From Promethearchaeota archaeon (GTDB lineage: Archaea; Asgardarchaeota; Hermodarchaeia; Hermodarchaeales; Hermodarchaeaceae), in contig JBHLMG010000036.1 in assembly GCA_048938385.1 (NCBI GenBank), positions 1-12,253 of the forward strand: a stretch of 12,253 nucleotides of DNA, given 5' to 3'. The position numbers and the translations under genes are program-made. This document shows positions 10,101 through 12,253 of this stretch, in pieces. The notes below the pieces were generated by a model that had not been told where the DNA came from, made no database searches, and saw nothing but the letters and a program-made list of their open reading frames with translations. The first letter of the stretch is position 1. Every line of letters begins with the position of its first letter.

Positions 10101-10727
10101 CATTGTTCCTGCAGCTGAGACATTCCAAGCCGGGAACATCGCGTTGGTATAGTAAGCCGTGCCGTTAGCAATAGGATCTGGTGTTGTGGTATTCGTGTAT
10201 CCGGGCCCGGGATAAGGCTTGACATAGTATGTTCCAGGTAGCTGTGTTAAACTGCTTCGGCCTTGAAGGAGAAACACATCAACATCTACGCCATGTGGAA
10301 TTTCGACGAGTCGTGTTACCACGGGAAGTTCAGGAAAATATAGCATCCTCAAGGTTCCTGTAAAAGGGATTTCTAAGACATTGTAGTTGATACCAGAAAA
10401 CTGCTCAGTCCAATTCCACATTCCATAAAATATGGCCCCGATTTCGATTTTATACTCGTCTTGGGATATCAGAAAATACTCGGGGGGTATGCCTTCGGTA
10501 GTGTTGCTTGTAAATGGAATCCAAGTACTCCCACTGGGGTGTCTAAGACCTTTCGAGGAGGGCAGGTTGGTTGATTGAGGCAGAGATGGAAAAGAGGGCG
10601 GTTTGTTTGATTCTTGAGATGGTTGGCTCGTGATGGATGTTAACCAGAATGAACTTTGGGGAATAGAAGTGGACAGACACAGAATTAACAGTACCAGTAG
10701 TATAGCTCTTCGAATAATCCCTACCAC
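7197..10727 (-). CDS. Membrane-anchored gingipain-like C25-family cysteine peptidase (signal, propeptide, catalytic domain, Ig-like domains, C-terminal TM)
   Basis: C25 hallmarks are present: propeptide PELPV...IP, YLIIT, WKQHKG, YVLLVGD, D.FY...DG.D..PDIYYGRLS, KIVAYE, catalytic His in YLGHGS (9198-9200), catalytic Cys in LACDTG (9045-9047), GAVAAIGSS and LFGDP. C-terminal TM is followed by RRKRK. GTG 10727 (after SD GAGGAGG) is preferred over ATG 10757, which is only ~15 nt from the TATA box. Confidence 0.88.
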   Translation of the reverse strand: MVGIIRRAILLVLLILCLSTSIPQSSFWLTSITSQPSQESNKPPSFPSLPQSTNLPSSKGLRHPSGSTWIPFTSNTTEGIPPEYFLISQDEYKIEIGAIFYGMWNWTEQFSGINYNVLEIPFTGTLRMLYFPELPVVTRLVEIPHGVDVDVFLLQGRSSLTQLPGTYYVKPYPGPGYTNTTTPDPIANGTAYYTNAMFPAWNVSAAGTMANNPIIFRRHRLLPVNFIPVQYNNATGRLQAFSRMVIRIKFDSRATMPTVDPKFETRAYSDLFRRLILNYRAPSLAGTSILAKGPSTPQIGYDAEYLIITIEEFREEVEPLRVWKQHKGFRTDVVTVQDILEWKGLTGPYDDEDVNRTAITEYIKGMFWAGDKALEYVLLVGDANHIPPHYESEHTFIDHRNTLIGTDLFYFTVDGPDFLPDIYYGRLSANTSDDVTAMVNKIVAYETQPPQDEQFYRTAKFYDLYRLDSEGKNLVNNLNELYFNEIPSTHYYWPTDAFETGHFLAFYLGHGSSLNFRGRDKVRFLQGEFEGWQHPQYWTQDAAKIKQYSDNKYPVLLSLACDTGWYDGETDRDSTSTQYDIILSDHDYDCFCENITRMAGSGAVAAIGSSRHATFNYMGQMTLGIFDGLYPGLDPTLAEGHIPSLGQLLIYGKMYLIQIDDYGYHDPYPDWNSPSAYQTNQTFQMLQLFGDPEMTISTQALGTLDVQHPKYMGSEGLQSFVVTVTDEEGEPVADAKVCLTLGNNFLVRGYTLRSGYAFFDITPPTWGSMRITVSKQNYTPYQGDIKVTPEGAVIWVDPSSGKPDEWVNLHGSGFNPNKLLYLKFGDSVYDPEFQPFTEPDEAEPENGVIREHNIPVPDAAVIEEVQKPLNIVVREPDGPAAVTLFNREAFAGVDVYLYSQQAALMDYHQIGGEQPQWNNPDIWIIRHESDFFGRSYMIYAEYHNRGPESAYGVSVEFAWSPLGMGQNENDWWPIDTALFDDSILVEDSGFATSVPFSPHTPYISVMVVVNHIDDIDETNNVGVENFHTITAPSSDAYEEVFEIANYFASFQAGIESNPHQDETSNPHVSVRVAGPYPSTSDTAVITASIGASFGFEEEYRWVITAWSDSELIDGIEILLTKGLAPEPNWILIIIIAVIVLFVIILVIYALVEHRRKRKSAQNSDSTTTTTPTNTNR

Positions 10728-10771
10728 ATTAATCCCTCCTCTAGGAGTATACACCATAATGATTCTCTAAT

Positions 10772-10779
10772 CTTATAAA
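10772..10779 (-). promoter_or_regulatory. Putative TATA box for the C25 peptidase gene
   Basis: TTTATAAG on the minus strand, ~30 nt upstream of SD GAGGAGG (10741-10735). Confidence 0.55.
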
Positions 10780-10809
10780 AAGAGAGGTTGGAGGGTTGAC
10801 ACCCTCCAA
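10777..10809 (-). terminator. Perfect 9-bp hairpin + U-tract after microprotein 1 (terminator and/or operator)
   Basis: TTGGAGGGT(10788-10796)-TGAC-ACCCTCCAA(10801-10809), followed on the minus strand by CCTCTCTTTTT. It begins 7 nt after the stop codon. Confidence 0.55.
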
Positions 10810-10816
10810 TAGAGGG

Positions 10817-11044
10817 CTAAGCTGGTAGTATCCACATGATTCCTATAATTGCGAGAACAAAGATAATTCCTGCAATCACGATTATCACTGCGAGCAGGCT
10901 CGGTTTCTCTCCAGGGGCTCGAGGGAAGAAGTAGTTCACTAGCATAATTAACATTATCAGAAAAAGGACTAGGAAAATGAAGGCTTGACCCCAACTCAGC
11001 CATACATCTCCAGTTGGAGGAGCGTAATCAGTTGGCGGTGGCAT
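10817..11044 (-). CDS. Small (75 aa) two-TM membrane protein of unknown function, paralog 1
   Basis: Two hydrophobic helices joined by an FFPRAPGEKPS loop. 34/61 identical residues (manual alignment from WLSWGQ) to the neighbouring paralog. SD-like CAGAGGGA and TATA TTTTTAAG lie upstream. Confidence 0.85.
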   Translation of the reverse strand: MPPPTDYAPPTGDVWLSWGQAFIFLVLFLIMLIMLVNYFFPRAPGEKPSLLAVIIVIAGIIFVLAIIGIMWILPA

Positions 11045-11082
11045 TTAGAATATCCCTCTGGCGAAGCCTTTATCCGTAAATC

Positions 11083-11090
11083 CTTAAAAA
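11083..11090 (-). promoter_or_regulatory. Putative TATA box for microprotein 1
   Basis: TTTTTAAG ~40 nt upstream of ATG 11044, placing the TSS just before the SD. Confidence 0.5.
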
Positions 11091-11270
11091 GGTAATATGT
11101 TTCATGCAAAAGAGGCTATTTACAAGATCATTCAATGTTGAAACGAAGTTCCATCGCGAAGGATAAATCTTGAGGCTTTTCTGCGGAGACACCCTTATGA
11201 ATCTGTATTGAAGTCTGAACTATTTTTGTGAAAAAGGACAAGTACGGGTATCATGTTATCCTCGAGGTGA

Positions 11271-11492
11271 TTATGGGGGGAGAATTGAAAGGGCCCCCAC
11301 TAATGCTAAGATGAAGATGATTGTAATAATTATAATCGCTATCGCTATTGTACTTGGGCGCTGACCTGGTTTCCGTGGAAAGAAGAAGTTGACTAACATT
11401 ACGACTAGTATCAGTATGAATAGCATTAGGATGAAAACTTGCCCCCAACTTAGCCATCCGCCAATTGGAACAAAAAAATCTCCTATAGGCAT
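11271..11492 (-). CDS. Small (73 aa) two-TM membrane protein of unknown function, paralog 2
   Basis: MPIGDFFVPIGGWLSWGQ...FFPRKPGQRPS...ILPP. ATG 11492 is preceded by SD GAGGTG and matches the start of paralog 1, so the 123-aa ORF call is over-extended. Confidence 0.85.
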   Translation of the reverse strand: MPIGDFFVPIGGWLSWGQVFILMLFILILVVMLVNFFFPRKPGQRPSTIAIAIIIITIIFILALVGALSILPP

Positions 11493-11527
11493 CCCAAACA
11501 CCTCTGAGTACTTATAGGGATATTTAT

Positions 11528-11537
11528 TCTTTAAATA
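11528..11537 (-). promoter_or_regulatory. Putative TATA box for microprotein 2
   Basis: TATTTAAAGA ~36-45 nt upstream of ATG 11492, the same geometry as paralog 1. Confidence 0.5.
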
Positions 11538-11693
11538 CATACTTCCTTCGCAAAGAGATATATTTCCCGTACAGTCGATTATACGTTGAAATTTACCGAA
11601 CTCAGTTCCATTATTGGGGCTAAGCGTAACCAATACGCTCAAGAAACCGCTATGTCCAAGGAGCCGCTCAATGCATTCCGATTGGTGAGTATT

Positions 11694-12253
11694 ATGGATT
11701 TAGTTAGCAAAAAATTACTACTCGAATTAAATCGGAACTGTAGAATTTCTCTACAGGCTTTAGCCCGCAAGCTGGACCTCTCGGTCAATGGCGTGAAAAA
11801 ACGGTTGCAAAAACTCACTGAGGCGGGAATCATTAGGGGGTATTTCATTTATCCCACGCTGGCAATGCTGGATGCGGAATCCGCAGTAGCGATCCTCTCA
11901 ACCACTGATCCGACTCCCGAAGAGAGTTTATTGGATAAAGTTGGAACAAGCCCCATGGTCTATGCCGCCAGTATCTTGTCCACAGGCGATGCCCTCGTTT
12001 TTGCCGATTATGAGGGCACAAAGGGACTTGCAGAGCTCGGGGCCCATTTGCGACAATTTCCCGAAGTGACCAAGGTAGAACTACACACCCTCATCACTGA
12101 ACGCGGCGCTAAATGCGAGTTGAAGACGGCGCAGCTAAAGGTGCTCAAATGTTTGCGTGCAGATGCGCGGATGTCCATTTCCCAAATTGCCAGCGAAACG
12201 CAGTTAACACCGCGGCGGGTCCGCAAAATCGTTAAAGAATTCCTCGGGGACGG
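11694..12253 (+). CDS. Lrp/AsnC-like transcriptional regulator with two winged-HTH modules (3'-truncated by window end; absent from ORF track)
   Basis: Manual translation gives MDLVSKKLLLELNRNCRISLQALARKLDLSVNGVKKRLQKLTEAGII... and a second HTH QLKVLKCLRADARMSISQIASETQLTPRRVRKIV. SD GGTGA lies at 11684-11688, and there is no stop before the window end. Confidence 0.9.
   Translation, partial: MDLVSKKLLLELNRNCRISLQALARKLDLSVNGVKKRLQKLTEAGIIRGYFIYPTLAMLDAESAVAILSTTDPTPEESLLDKVGTSPMVYAASILSTGDALVFADYEGTKGLAELGAHLRQFPEVTKVELHTLITERGAKCELKTAQLKVLKCLRADARMSISQIASETQLTPRRVRKIVKEFLGD

Noticed and set aside
11135-11612. Shared GTTGAAA...AGTTCCAT words upstream of both microproteins
   Set aside because: Spacing differs (3 vs 12 nt) and the words are short. 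They could be a duplication relic or chance, and are not supportable as an operator.
11493-11642. N-terminal 50-aa extension of microprotein 2 (123-aa ORF call)
   Set aside because: It overlaps the predicted TATA/SD and is absent from the paralog. ATG 11492 has a good SD.
816-12226. Numerous 60-200 aa antisense/alternate-frame ORFs (e.g. 4174..4614, 7527..8123, 11639..11848, 12008..12226)
   Set aside because: They are shadows of well-supported genes with no independent motifs.

Overview
Archaeal genomic window, probably Asgard-like (Thor/Hermod-type). This is inferred from the rRNA sequence, the tandem-HTH AsnC-like regulator and the PGF-type surface anchor. The window opens with the 3' end of a 23S rRNA gene (1..~687). 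This gene carries a 148-nt, ORF-less bulge-helix-bulge-type intron (50..197) inserted between the equivalents of A2450 and A2451 in the peptidyl-transferase centre, and an enlarged, branched helix 98 (ES39 position). Next, on the minus strand, come a CLC Cl-/H+ antiporter with CBS domains, nadC and nadA. A cell-surface block follows: a membrane-anchored six-Asp-box beta-propeller protein (+), a decayed FN3/PGF-CTERM pseudogene (+), a large membrane-anchored gingipain-like C25 cysteine peptidase (-), two tandem paralogous ~75-aa two-helix membrane microproteins (-) each with its own TATA/SD, and a divergent double-HTH Lrp/AsnC-like regulator (+, truncated at the window end). The two best leads are (i) the structured rRNA intron, which has a terminal K-turn-like motif and a loop exactly complementary to its own 5' exon, and (ii) the microprotein pair + C25 protease + regulator module.
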